Below, in pieces: positions 54,596-63,317 of a stretch of DNA of 64,000 nucleotides. The notes under the pieces were generated by a model. It was not told where the DNA came from. It saw only the letters and a program-made list of their open reading frames with translations, and made no database searches. Each line of letters begins with the position of its first letter. Position 1 is the first letter of the stretch. The translations under genes were made by a program, and so were the position numbers. The DNA comes from Octopus sinensis. Its lineage: Eukaryota. The stretch spans positions 57,598,001-57,662,000 of the forward strand of contig NC_043008.1 in NCBI RefSeq assembly GCF_006345805.1. The letters are read 5' to 3'.

Positions 54596-55408
54596 GGTTG
54601 GATGAAATAATGAAAACCCCTTAAAATTTCAAACAAATTAATTTTAATATGGGGTAGGACCACCTTTGGCAGTAATTACAGCTTGAATTCTATGAGGTAT
54701 GGACTTGTACGAAGTTTGAATTGTTTCCAAAGGAATTTTTCTCCATTCTTCAACTAAAACAGTCTCCAGTTCTTGTAGTGATGATGGTGGAGGATATCGA
54801 CTCCTTACTTATTTTTCTAAAATGCACCATAAATGTTCAATAATATTGAGATCTGGGGACTGTAGTTGCCAGATAAGATGTTCAACTTCACTAGAATGTT
54901 CTTCGTGCCATTCATTAACAACTTTAGCTGTGTGAATTGGTGCATTATCATCCTGAAAGATTGCGTTTCCCTCCAGAAACAATTCCGCAACCATTGGATG
55001 AACTTGATCAGATAAAATGCTTCAATAGTCTTGACTATTAATTCTGCCATGAAGGGAAACCATTGGGTTGGCAAATTTCCACACACATACACACACGCAC
55101 ACACAGTTAATCCAAACATGAACAAAGAGAAAACACAACAATGCAAGGACGTGGAACAAGTATAGTGTTATTGGACGTTCAGGAAAGGAAAGAAAGAAGG
55201 AGGATTTAACGTTTCGAGCGGAGCTCTTCGTCAGAAACATAGAAAAAGGAAAGGTCGAAGGAAGGAAAGACGGAGAAAGAAAATCGCCAACGATACACAC
55301 GAGGTCACATATTGAAATGACCGGAAGGGAATGAGTGAAGAAAAAGTTCTTTCAAAGATAGAAGAGTGCAAGAGAAGGAGTTATGTGTGGGTATGTGCAT
55401 GCGCGCAA

Positions 55409-55442
<34 letters not shown>

Positions 55443-56333
55443 TTGTGGCTGTTTTTAGCTATGTGTGTGGTTGAGCTTAGAATCGTTTAAGGTCATAGGA
55501 AGAATTTATAGTAGGAATTTTGGTAGGAATATATATATATCATCATCATAATCATCATAGTGTTTAACGTCCGTTCTCCATGCTAGCAGGGTTGGACGGT
55601 TCGACCGGGGGGTCTGGGAAGCCAGAAGGCTGCACCAGGCTCCAGTCTAATTTGCAATGTTTCTACAGCTGGACCCTTCCTAACGCCAACCACTCCGTGA
55701 GTAGTGTTAGTGGGTGCTTGTTACGGGCCACCGCACAGGTGCCAGGCGGGCTGGCAACGGCCACGGTCAGATTGGTGTATTTTAGTGCCACAGGCACGGA
55801 AGCCAGTCGAGGGCGGTGCTGGCGCGGCCACGAGTCGGATAGTGCTTTTTACGTACCACATACCAGGGATCCTGGCTGTTCAATTCGATTTTCGATTTCG
55901 CTTTTTGACCCAACATTCTTCACAAGCAAAGGGGGTTGGCAAGGGTGCTGTCGTACGGTCGCATTGGAGTATTTTACGTGCCACGGCCACGAGTGGATAG
56001 TGCTTTTTACGTACCACCAGACAAGGGGGATTTTATGGCGGAATTTGGTATAATATATATATATACACATATATATAATCAAAATAAGCAACAAGAATGA
56101 CTCCGGTAATTTGGTACGATTGTTTGTACTACATCATTTTATTAAATGTTGTAAGTATTACAACAGATTTAAGATGCTGAGTACTCATCAGCCAATTATA
56201 GAGGTTTTCCATTAATACAAAAATTTTCATATCAAGGGGCAACATTATAGAGAAGGTAGATATATGGATAACACCATACAAAATTCTGGTGCATCTAAAT
56301 TAAGTACCATATTCATTTGAATCTAAATTTTTG

Positions 56334-56377
<44 letters not shown>

Positions 56378-56604
56378 ATATACATTTATATATATATACA
56401 CACACACACATTAATATATATATAATATACTCTTTTAAATATATATATTTTCAGAACAAAGAAAACAACTCGCCTTTGATGCGGACGAGGTACTCCAATT
56501 CCATCTTCACACACAAGTACGATGACACAGGTGTCCGGCTATTCACTGCAGGTGGCCCGATGCCTTCAGACATACAAGGAAATTATGTTGGCATCTGGTC
56601 TTGA
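17059..56604 (+). CDS. DCAF12: DCAF12/WDR40A orthologue (CRL4 substrate receptor, WD40); join of 8 coding exons, 410 aa
   Basis: Exons 17059-17346, 30450-30653, 32744-32804, 39201-39361, 40540-40602, 41367-41526, 51407-51552, 56455-56604 splice in frame (1233 nt, GT-AG, phases 0,0,1,0,0,1,0). Peptides such as [45 protein letters not shown] and GNYVGIWS* match remembered human DCAF12 in order. Confidence 0.96.
17654..17835. repeat. Degenerate (TTA)n microsatellite
   Basis: Direct reading. Confidence 0.95.
18398..18730. repeat. (CTAT)n/(CTAC)n tetranucleotide microsatellite
   Basis: Direct reading. Confidence 0.95.
20009..20052 (+). ncRNA. Decayed type I hammerhead ribozyme motif (Penelope-like remnant)
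   Basis: ACAGT-CTGATGA-A-GGC-TAGCAA-GCT-GAAAC-TTTGAT-GTC-ACCAT, with AATAAA about 20 nt downstream. Confidence 0.6.
20281..20560 (+). mobile_element. tRNA-derived SINE (third family)
   Basis: TGGCTCAGTGG A box, GTTTGATTCC B box, then TTGAGCAAGACACTT; related minus copy at about 33480-33680. Confidence 0.75.
20561..20900 (-). mobile_element. RTE-like LINE 3' end with an (AAGT)n tail
   Basis: GC-rich degraded coding-like sequence ending in an (AAGT)n tail on the minus strand. Confidence 0.45.
21919..22137. mobile_element. piggyBac-type MITE, family F
   Basis: TTAA flanks; ends (A)CCTTTAGCATT / AATGCTAAAGGG; 219 bp. Confidence 0.8.
24130..24357 (+). mobile_element. SINE family B, full length
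   Basis: Consensus match; TATATGGGC duplicated at both ends. Confidence 0.92.
25201..25428 (+). mobile_element. SINE family B, full length
   Basis: Consensus match; TTTTACTCTC duplicated at the flanks. Confidence 0.92.
26849..27461. repeat. Compound TA/TG/CATG microsatellite
   Basis: Direct reading; source of several spurious long ORFs. Confidence 0.97.
27481..27718 (+). mobile_element. RTE-type 3' end
   Basis: Family 3' block plus (GAT)n tail. Confidence 0.85.
30450..30653 (+). CDS. DCAF12: DCAF12 coding exon 2 (LIVLDVVTG...DPLCVGE)
   Basis: Acceptor cttccctttttgtcag; donor GAA|gtgagt; 204 nt. Confidence 0.96.
30739..30958. mobile_element. piggyBac-type MITE, family F (opposite orientation to 21919)
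   Basis: TTAA-CCCTT...AAAGGG-TTAA; body is the reverse complement of the 21919 copy; 220 bp. Confidence 0.8.
32330..32522 (-). mobile_element. tRNA-derived SINE (fourth family)
   Basis: Minus head TGGCCCAGTTGTTAGGGCAGTGGACTCGCGGTC...GTTTCGATTCCC. Confidence 0.7.
32744..32804 (+). CDS. DCAF12: DCAF12 coding exon 3 ([21 protein letters not shown]), not shown as such in the ORF track
   Basis: Acceptor tttttctccttag; donor G|gttagt; 61 nt, phase 1. Confidence 0.95.
33150..33400 (-). mobile_element. RTE-type 3' end, diverged
   Basis: Reverse complement of the family 3' block. Confidence 0.7.
34248..34467. mobile_element. piggyBac-type MITE, family E
   Basis: TTAA-CCCTTTTGTTACC...GGTAACAAAAGGG-TTAA, perfect 13 bp TIR; 220 bp. 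Confidence 0.88.
34617..35062 (+). mobile_element. SINE family A, full length
   Basis: Consensus match. Confidence 0.92.
37088..37290 (-). mobile_element. 5'-truncated CR1/L2-type LINE 3' end
   Basis: Matches the 53398 copy. Confidence 0.8.
38200..38990 (-). mobile_element. DDE transposon relic, probably Chapaev/CMC-like
   Basis: Minus strand [51 protein letters not shown]; terminus ...CAGTG at 38200; superfamily assigned from memory. Confidence 0.6.
39201..39361 (+). CDS. DCAF12: DCAF12 coding exon 4 ([10 protein letters not shown]...[12 protein letters not shown])
   Basis: Acceptor cttcctttgtgtag; donor CAG|gtaatt; 161 nt. Confidence 0.94.
39480..40460. repeat. Degenerate CT-rich minisatellite (CTCAATGCCCTCTCTGTCTC-like)
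   Basis: At least 10 recurrences of (T/C)TCAAT(G/A)(C/T)C in a pyrimidine-rich background. Confidence 0.7.
39567..39795 (-). mobile_element. SINE family B inserted in the minisatellite
   Basis: 16 bp target duplication CCTCAATG(C/T)CTTTCT-like at 39551 and 39796, one mismatch. Confidence 0.92.
40540..40602 (+). CDS. DCAF12: DCAF12 coding exon 5 ([21 protein letters not shown])
   Basis: Acceptor ttttctcttgcag; donor CAG|gtaatg; 63 nt. Confidence 0.93.
41367..41526 (+). CDS. DCAF12: DCAF12 coding exon 6 (VLQLSLPH...[15 protein letters not shown]...GNSG)
   Basis: Acceptor tttgctag (an in-frame alternative tacag lies 9 nt downstream); donor G|gtgaga; 160 nt. Confidence 0.93.
41581..41779 (+). 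mobile_element. Mariner-derived MITE just downstream of exon 6
   Basis: TIRs GGGTGCTGAAGAGTTCCTGGCTTT / AAAGCCAGGAACTTTTCAACATC; interior retains the transposase tail ([13 protein letters not shown]). Confidence 0.75.
42290..42575. repeat. Degenerate 28-30 bp minisatellite (TATAGAACTGTGGCTATATGCCTAAATG-like)
   Basis: About 9-10 diverged units read by eye. Confidence 0.7.
42582..42755. mobile_element. Tc1/mariner-type MITE
   Basis: TA-CAGGGTGTCTATAAATTATGTTTACAA ... TTGTAAAGATAATTTGTGGACAACCTG-TA. Confidence 0.75.
42965..44020. mobile_element. Cluster of SINE A copies (+ 42965-43340, - fragment 43350-43445, + 43461-43870, - 43890-44020)
   Basis: Consensus matches on both strands. Confidence 0.85.
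44150..44230. repeat. Pure (CA)n, about 40 units
   Basis: Direct reading. Confidence 0.98.
45000..45472 (+). mobile_element. RTE-type 3' end with several diverged internal repeat units
   Basis: Repeated GGTGGCAC(A/G)T(A/G)AAAA units, then the family 3' block and (GAT)n. Confidence 0.8.
46660..48261 (-). mobile_element. Near full-length Tc1-family transposon with TIRs of about 230 bp and a disabled transposase
   Basis: TA-CAGTAGTGGCC left end; inverted repeats at about 46660-46890 and 48030-48260; minus strand ATG at 47939, then TGRP..., [24 protein letters not shown], with stops and frameshifts. Confidence 0.88.
48374..48639. mobile_element. Fold-back element (MITE-like), arms of about 125 bp
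   Basis: e.g. TTGGTTTTGCACTAGGGGTTCAACT vs AGTTGAACCCCTAGTGCAAAACCAA; short central spacer. Confidence 0.85.
49915..50265 (+). mobile_element. GC-rich fragment resembling a LINE (RTE) 5' region
   Basis: Abrupt GC-rich island; family assignment from memory only. Confidence 0.3.
51407..51552 (+). CDS. DCAF12: DCAF12 coding exon 7 ([17 protein letters not shown]...SEGWT)
   Basis: Long pyrimidine tract plus ctctag; donor ACT|gtaagt; 146 nt. Confidence 0.95.
51780..52430 (-). mobile_element. SINE A containing a complete nested SINE B (52040-52270)
   Basis: 14 bp target duplication TTCTTTCAGTTTCT at 52026-52039 and 52271-52284. Confidence 0.9.
52803..53312 (-). repeat. Two blocks of tandem tRNA-like units of about 85 bp (52803-52927; 53141-53312)
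   Basis: Minus strand TGGTGTAAATGGTAGCAC...GGTTCAAG followed by T6-T7 runs; two alternating subunit types. Confidence 0.7.
53398..53830 (-). mobile_element. CR1/L2-type LINE ORF2 C-terminus and 3' UTR
   Basis: ORF 53560-53817: [10 protein letters not shown]...[19 protein letters not shown]...FK, typical of the CR1/L2 ORF2 tail; (ATT)n tail. Confidence 0.85.
54592..55070 (-). mobile_element. Tc1 fragment with the catalytic C-terminal half
   Basis: [12 protein letters not shown]...[12 protein letters not shown]; terminus CAGGGGTTGGATGAAATAATG. Confidence 0.85.
55105..55535 (-). mobile_element. Penelope-like element remnant (pLTR-like) carrying a hammerhead
   Basis: Hammerhead motif in a pyrimidine-rich minus-strand context; PLE assignment inferred from the hammerhead type. 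Confidence 0.55.
55204..55238 (-). ncRNA. Minimal type I hammerhead ribozyme
   Basis: Minus strand GTTT-CTGACGA-A-GAGC-TCC-GCTC-GAAAC-GT-T-AAAT; core intact, perfect stem II, palindromic ACGT stem III. Confidence 0.8.
55545..56030 (-). mobile_element. RTE-type 3' end with internal repeats
   Basis: Reverse complement of the family block, with several single-base indels. Confidence 0.8.
56455..56604 (+). CDS. DCAF12: DCAF12 final coding exon (NKENN...[20 protein letters not shown])
   Basis: Acceptor ttttcag at 56454; TGA at 56602-56604. Confidence 0.95.
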   Translation, partial: NKENNSPLMRTRYSNSIFTHKYDDTGVRLFTAGGPMPSDIQGNYVGIWS

Positions 56605-56963
56605 CTGCAACAACAAAAACAACAACAAACAGCCTTCTTTATTCACCCATCTATTTCTTCTCCCCGTTGTCTTCCAGAAGCCCACGATGAAATGATTTCT
56701 TTCAACACAATAACACTCTATGTCCACACACACTTGCACACACATACACGCACACACATACGCATATACATACATGCACGCTTACACACACGTACATCAT
56801 TGCCGCCAAACCTTTATAACCAATCTTCAATACGAAAATTGTATCTGCATGAACCTGTTAGACTCTATATAGACCTTTATTTCAAATGGAATTACACATG
56901 ACTGTGTGAAAAACACCAACACAAACACCTTTAACACAAATATCATCAACATGGACACACTAC

Positions 56964-56969
56964 AATAAA
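56964..56969 (+). promoter_or_regulatory. Candidate polyadenylation signal (AATAAA) about 360 nt after the DCAF12 stop
   Basis: AATAAA hexamer after the stop codon; more occur near 58.9 kb, so the 3' UTR may be longer. Confidence 0.35.
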
Positions 56970-59093
56970 TCTCAGCAGGAATTTTTATGCATGTCAATTT
57001 ATATTCCACCCAGTTTTTCTTTCTTTTTTTTGTTGTTTTTTTCTTTCTCTCTCCCTCTTTTGCTTTCCCTTATGCTCTCTCTCTTTCTTTCTTTCTTTCT
57101 GTATGTATGTGTGTATGTATGTGTATATATATATGCTTGTATATGTGTATATGTATGTATATATGCTTGTGTGTGTGTGTATATATATATATGTGCTTGT
57201 GTGTGTGTGTGTGTATATATATAAGCTTGTGTGTGTGTGTGTATATATATATATATGTATGTATATATGCTTGTATGTGTGTGTGTATATACATATATGC
57301 TTGTGTGTGTGTATATGCTTGTATATGTGTATATGTATGTATATATGCTTGTGTGTGTATATATATATATATATCATACACATATAAATATATATATACT
57401 TTTTGTATCTCTTTTGAAACAGCTTTCACTGTTTTGCATTTTTTTCTGTTTTTATTTTTCTATTTATTTATATAATAATCTAAAATTATCCTTCCCTTCT
57501 CTCTCTCTCTCTCTCTCTCTCTAATATAACAAAACAGTAACTGCTACATTTCTTTAATATTAATTAATGGTTGTGGCACCTGCTTTCTACCCTGTGATAA
57601 ACCTTTTATTTCCTCTCACCAGCAGAGAAAATCGAATCCACTTCCCCAACACATTCAAATTTTAGCTTCCGTATTTTTCACTCCACCCACTCCTCACCTC
57701 CTGCTCCTCCTTCTAAAGCAAACTTGATCAACAGACTCATTTTGCGCTGTTTATTATGGGATTTCCTTGTTTTCCTTCCCATAAAGAACCTGGACATCAC
57801 CCTGAAATGTTCAATTAAGAAAATATTTTTTTTCTTCTTAAAACATACCTTCTGTTGATTATTCCTCGACAGTCAGCAAAAGATGGTAATACACAAGATT
57901 TTTCTCTTTCTAAAGAGTAATTAATGGTTCTTAAAGAATACTGAATTCAAAACCAATTTTGTTTTGAAACTGGAATACAATATTAGTTTATAATGCTTTC
58001 AAGGGATGGCAATTGGTAACCCCATTCCTTGCAATCAGTAGCTCCTTTCTCCCCAAATCAGTAAACCCTTCTCCAAAGGAAATCGTTGTTCTGGAATATT
58101 TCCAGAATATTTTGAATCAAGAATTTCCTTTAGCTTTCCTTAAGTTTGTGAGGATTAAGACTTGAAACCCTATATATTTGGCTTCAAATAGCTATTTGCA
58201 TACACAAATAATTGTCATTATTACTGGGAGAAGTGTGTATGTATACACATTGTTATATATATATATATATCAGGGACACTTTTCTTATGTTGGGGCAACG
58301 GCTTAAAGCGTTGCTCTGATTCTAACCTGATTGTTAATTTGGCTCAGAATTTTCATAGCTGGTGTCCCATGTTTTGCTAATCATGAAGGAGGTGTTTCCT
58401 CATTAGTTAATTTTGCTTGTTGTGATATGCAAATGAGGAGATTCTTTACTGTTCTACTGGTAGAGTATGGATGATCATTTAATTATTTAACGGTGTCTCA
58501 TTTAGAGCTCCAGAATGATTTGTCTTCTAAGAAGTTAAGACACACCTGAAAATTCTAAGAGTATTTGATGCTATATTTTCAGTGTTACTCAAGGTAATTA
58601 CTTTTTTTTTTTTAAGGAATAAAATTAAATTTTAACACTAATTGTCCATAACATATAACTGACAGGGAATGACTTAGTGGGGACAGGAAGTGGGGTGGGG
58701 AATCGTTATTCTTTTTTATACTGTTTTGACATTTTTTATTATTAGAACTAATATATATCAAAGCTTCTTCTGTTCTCCTATATTATATTTTTAACTGGCT
58801 TTTGCCTTCCAAATTGTGATCAAATTACGTAGAATTATCTGAAAAGTATAAAGTAAATTTAAAGAAAAAAAATCACCATATGGGCAATATAATAAATGAA
58901 AACAATAAATAAATCTCACTTTCTGAGACACCTATTATTACTCAAGTGTGTTTTTTGTTTGTTTGTTTTTCTTTGTGAGAACTGTATAAATTTTATAAAA
59001 TAAAATTACAGCAATGATTTCCATTGGATGTGAAATCTTTGTTGGTGCAAAACAAAATCCTTTGGTTATTATCTTTGTATTGAATTTTGTAAA

Positions 59094-59485
59094 TCTCTCT
59101 CTATATAAAGCTGAAGGTGTCTGTGTATGGCAGGTTTGGTAGCCTTCAACTAACACTATCTCCTCCGAGACCCTGCGGCACAAGTTGACCAAAATTGAGA
59201 GTATGATAGAAGAAGGCTTGCACTTCATTACTTAGAAAATAAAATTCAAATCGGACCGTGTTAACACCAAAAATTATTTACACCAAAAAGGTGTTTACTT
59301 TCTTTGAAAATCCCCATTTTTTACGATTTTTTTACTGCTGTGTCGCCATTTTACGGTGTATTTCAACCAGAAAAATGTTCACTTAAAGAGAATAACAAGC
59401 GACAAAATGCAAAATTTTTACTTTTCAAAAATTCCAATTCTAAAGGGTCGTAACAAACCCGAGCAACACCAGGCGATACTGCTAG
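59094..59485 (+). mobile_element. Non-autonomous Helitron (about 390 bp)
   Basis: A|TC 5' end; subterminal imperfect palindrome CCCGAGCAACACCAGG; CTAG|T 3' end. Confidence 0.75.
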
Positions 59486-60104
59486 TTGGATATAAACTTT
59501 TGGAGAGCTGAATGTATAATACAGGTTTCAGTTCTGTGTAACATGATTTTTGTCCTTGGGTAGCAACTGTTATTTTCTATTTGCTTACTCCCTGGACAGT
59601 ATGAAAAATGGGTAATATTCCCTTCAAACTTTGCTTTTGTTACATTTATTCAAACCCCAAAGAATCCCCCTCAACACATGGCTATGATGTTCCCCCACTA
59701 CACTAGAGATGCACATATTGTCAGCCTCTAAGGGACATGCTCAAGTGGTTAATGTCTAATAACTGACAAGCAAATCTTTGGTATTGAGCAGAATATTTGC
59801 TATAACAATATTTCTGCTTCAGCATCTCAGTGCTGAATCTGTCTGAAATGTAATGGGAAATAGGTCAGTTTCAAAACCTTGATGTCCAGGTTGCTCACAA
59901 GAGCAAAGTATGAAGGGAATTGTAATTTCTTTTGATTTCTAGTAAATAGAAAATAACACTTACCAAGGACAAAAAAAAAATTGTTACACATTGTAATATT
60001 TGAGAAAGTTTGTAACATCACATAATATCAGTAAATTGATGCCTCTTGTTACCTGCTGAAGTCGATTGAAAAAGTAGCTTGATATTGTTTCAAATTCTGG
60101 TACA

Positions 60105-60420
60105 TCATCATCATCATCATTTAACGTCCGTTCTCCATGCTAGCATGGGTTGGACGGTTTGACCGGGGATCTGGAAAGCCAGAAGGCTGCACCAGGCTCC
60201 AGTCTTATCTGGCAATGTTTCTACAGCTGGATGCCCTTCCTAACGCCAACCACTCCGTGAGTGTAGTGGGTTCTTTTTACGTGCCACCCGCACAGGTGCC
60301 AGGCGAGGCTGGTGCCTCAACAGGTCTTTGTATCCAAGGGAGGAAAGGCATGCATAAGTGGGCTGGGCTCACTTGTCCTGCCTGGTCTTCTCACGTACAG
60401 CATATTTCCAAATATGTACA
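60105..60420 (-). mobile_element. RTE-type 3' end including the ORF2 stop
   Basis: Minus strand ...WKYAVREKTRQDK*, then AAGACCTGTTGAGGCA and the family block. Confidence 0.8.
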
Positions 60421-61587
60421 ACACCAGCATTGTAGGAAGAGGTGGTTAGTTGATTTTACATCACCCATGCTACTTGTTGAAAAAAGACAAGGTTGGTGGA
60501 ATTGATTGAATGATATTTCATGATTGGATTACATTGGAAAATCCTACAGCACCACATTGGCTCTCATTAAGATCTTACAGCTGTGAAGAAAATAAAACTG
60601 AGATAACACACACACACACACACACACACATATGGTACTTTATTTTATTGACCCTGAAAGGAAAATGAAATTAACTGCTAGATCAGGTCAGACTTCGAAG
60701 CTAAACAAGATATTCATTTTAAATTATTATTCCTTACTAAAGCTGTGTATATAAAAGTTAGGTAATGTAGTTATAGATTCCTTGCATTTAGGAAAAAGGC
60801 TGGTTGATCATAGGCCTGCTTGAGTTAGAGTAGACCAAGGGCTAAACAACAGCAGCAATTACGTCTTCTCGTAGTTTCTATTGACAGTTTAGTAAATTTA
60901 GCCATTGATAATGAAGTATCTTTGTCAGGCACAGAATGCAGTGTTGATGAAAAAAGATATGAACTGCAAAATGTTTGATCCTTAAGACTAATACATCATC
61001 ATTTTAATATCACTTTTCCATGTTTGCATGGGTCAAACAGAGTTTATTGAGACAAATTTTCGACAACGGGATGCCCTCCTTCCTGCTGCCAACCCTCAAC
61101 TGTATACCAACAAGTTAATATTTCCCCATGAACAGACATGTTTTTCATGGAAAACTAGAAATGAAGAACAATGTTTACAGCCATCACAAACACACTCACA
61201 CAGGTCTGTGAAATCAAGTCTGACCTTGAGGCTAAACAACACAAATTTACTTTAAAATTATCATTCCTTACTGAAACTGTATTTGTTGAAATAACTGAAC
61301 ACATTAACTTCATAGACATAACAAGAATTATCACTCTTGCTATAAATTTCCAATAAAATTGATGACAGCTTGTGGCTCTCTGCAAGACCAAGGTTGATCT
61401 CTCATTTATATAATGCTTTTGAGACAAAAATTAAGTTTCTGATCATAATTCAAGGGTTAACGTATGTATTAATGACCCTTATGAAGAAACAAGATTAACA
61501 TTTCCAAATGTCTAATTTACATTTCCCTTCTGAATCAAAATTACATTCACTTTTGTATGTCTTTAGATAGCTGAGTTTTATAAAGTA

Positions 61588-62140
61588 TTGCGTTGTCTGG
61601 AAAGTTTGTGCCAATTTTTAAAGGCAAGAAAAAGGTCAATAAATACTTGCCATTACATTTTTAATCAACCAAATATGAACCATTTTGTTGCACAATGCGT
61701 CTCCATCTTTCCTTTAACTTGAAAATACCCTCTTCCCAGAACTGAGGTGGTTTCATGGCAAAGAATTCATCAAGGTATCTTTTTACGTCAGCCAAGGAAT
61801 TGAAATTTTTACCATTAAGACTATTCTGCAGAGACCTGAATAAGTTGCAACATTTGCTGAATATGGAGGGTGGGGTAACACATCCCAGCCGAGCTTCAGC
61901 AATTTATGTCTGGTTCCCAAAGCATCAAGTGCCGAAAATGAACTTTCTTATCTTCCATTTTAAAGGGTTACAGAATCAATACAGGTTATAGGAACATAAA
62001 TCTTCTTCCATGAAAAGATAGCTTAAACTGTGCTCTAAATGGAGGTGTAGTCAAATCCTACTTTATGGACTCAACCATGTTCTAAAATAAGTCAAAAAGT
62101 AAGCTACTATAAATCGGCACAAACTTTCCGGACAACTCAA
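61588..62140 (-). mobile_element. Internally deleted mariner with both TIRs
   Basis: TA-TTGCGTTGTCTGGAAAGTTTGTGCCAATTT / AAATCGGCACAAACTTTCCGGACAACTCAA-TA (27/30); minus strand LGWDVLPHPPYS...LFRSLQNSL...ERWRRIVQQNGSYLVD*. Confidence 0.88.
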
Positions 62141-62279
62141 TATTTTATCTATCAATCGACCAATTATGGATTTGACTCCCAGATTGGTTCATTATATTCA
62201 TAGCTTACACTTCTGAAAAGAACAGTCTATGCTAGCATAGACAACGGACATTAAAAAAGGATGAGGAAGACATGATTAA

Positions 62280-62920
62280 CCCTTTTGATACCAACCCGGC
62301 TGAAACCGGCTCTGGCTCTCAGTACAAATGTCTTGTTTTCATAAGTTTTGAATTAAAATCTTCCTCCAAACCTTAGTCACAATTTATGTTCCTAACACTA
62401 GCTGAATGATAACTAAGTTATGTTCCTAACACTAGCTGAATGATAACCAAGTTATTTTACTAAATTCTTTGTAATATTTAAAATAATTGAAAGAAACACA
62501 GGCGCAGGAGTGGCTGTGTGGTAAGTAGCTTGCTAACCAACCACATGGTTCCGGGTTCAGTCCCACTGCGTGGCATCTTGGGCAAGTGTCTTCTGCTATA
62601 GCCCCGGGCCGACCAATGCCTTGTGAGTGGATTTGGTAGACGGAAACTGAAAGAAGCCTGTCGTATATATATATATATATGTGTGTGTGTGTATGTCTGT
62701 GTTTGTCCCCCTAGCATTGCTTGACAACCGATGCTGGTGTGTTTACGTCCCCGTCACTTAGCGGTTTGGCAAAAGAGACCGATAGGGGCTTACAAAGAAT
62801 AAGTTCCGGGGTCGATTTGCTCGACTAAAGGCGGTGCTCCAGCATGGCTGCTGTCAAATGACTGAAACAAGAAAAAGAGTAAACACAGAGCATCTCAAAA
62901 TAAATACAGTAACGAAAGGG
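62280..62920. mobile_element. piggyBac-type MITE family E interrupted by SINE A (62501-62880)
   Basis: TTAA flanks; SINE bounded by the AAACACA(G) duplication; local tandem duplication of about 33 bp at 62387-62454. Confidence 0.88.
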
Positions 62921-63317
62921 TTAAATAGCATTCATTGTTGGGATTTGAACCCCAACCACAAGATATTCAATTAGGGATTACGAGTGAGCCACCACAGTTT
63001 CGCATGATTGACCAATCAGTGTGAAGTTGGGGCATGATATAGCTCCTCGGATGGTCTAAAATTCACTTCCTTTTCACCTTATAAAACCTTTTGCTGCCTA
63101 AATCAGCCAAATAGCCTCGGCAGATTGCTAAGGCTGATGGTGTTGGGCAGAGGCAGAAGGCAGAAAATATATCTGTAATAATTGGAAATATTACTTGGAA
63201 ACAAGTGTGGATTGGCAGCAGGAACCATACCCAGCTGCAGAAATCTGTTTCAACAAATCTTATCTTAACACTTGCAAGCATGGAAAAGTAAACATTAAAA
63301 CAGTTATAATGACCTCT

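Noticed and set aside
56160-56195. Minus-strand CTGATGA suggesting another hammerhead
   Set aside because: No GAAA after a plausible stem II and no stem I
116-57524. Many ORFs rich in Y/I/C/V/M/H/T (e.g. 26796-27853, 18359-18844, 56987-57524)
   Set aside because: Translations of microsatellites that lack stop codons; not genes
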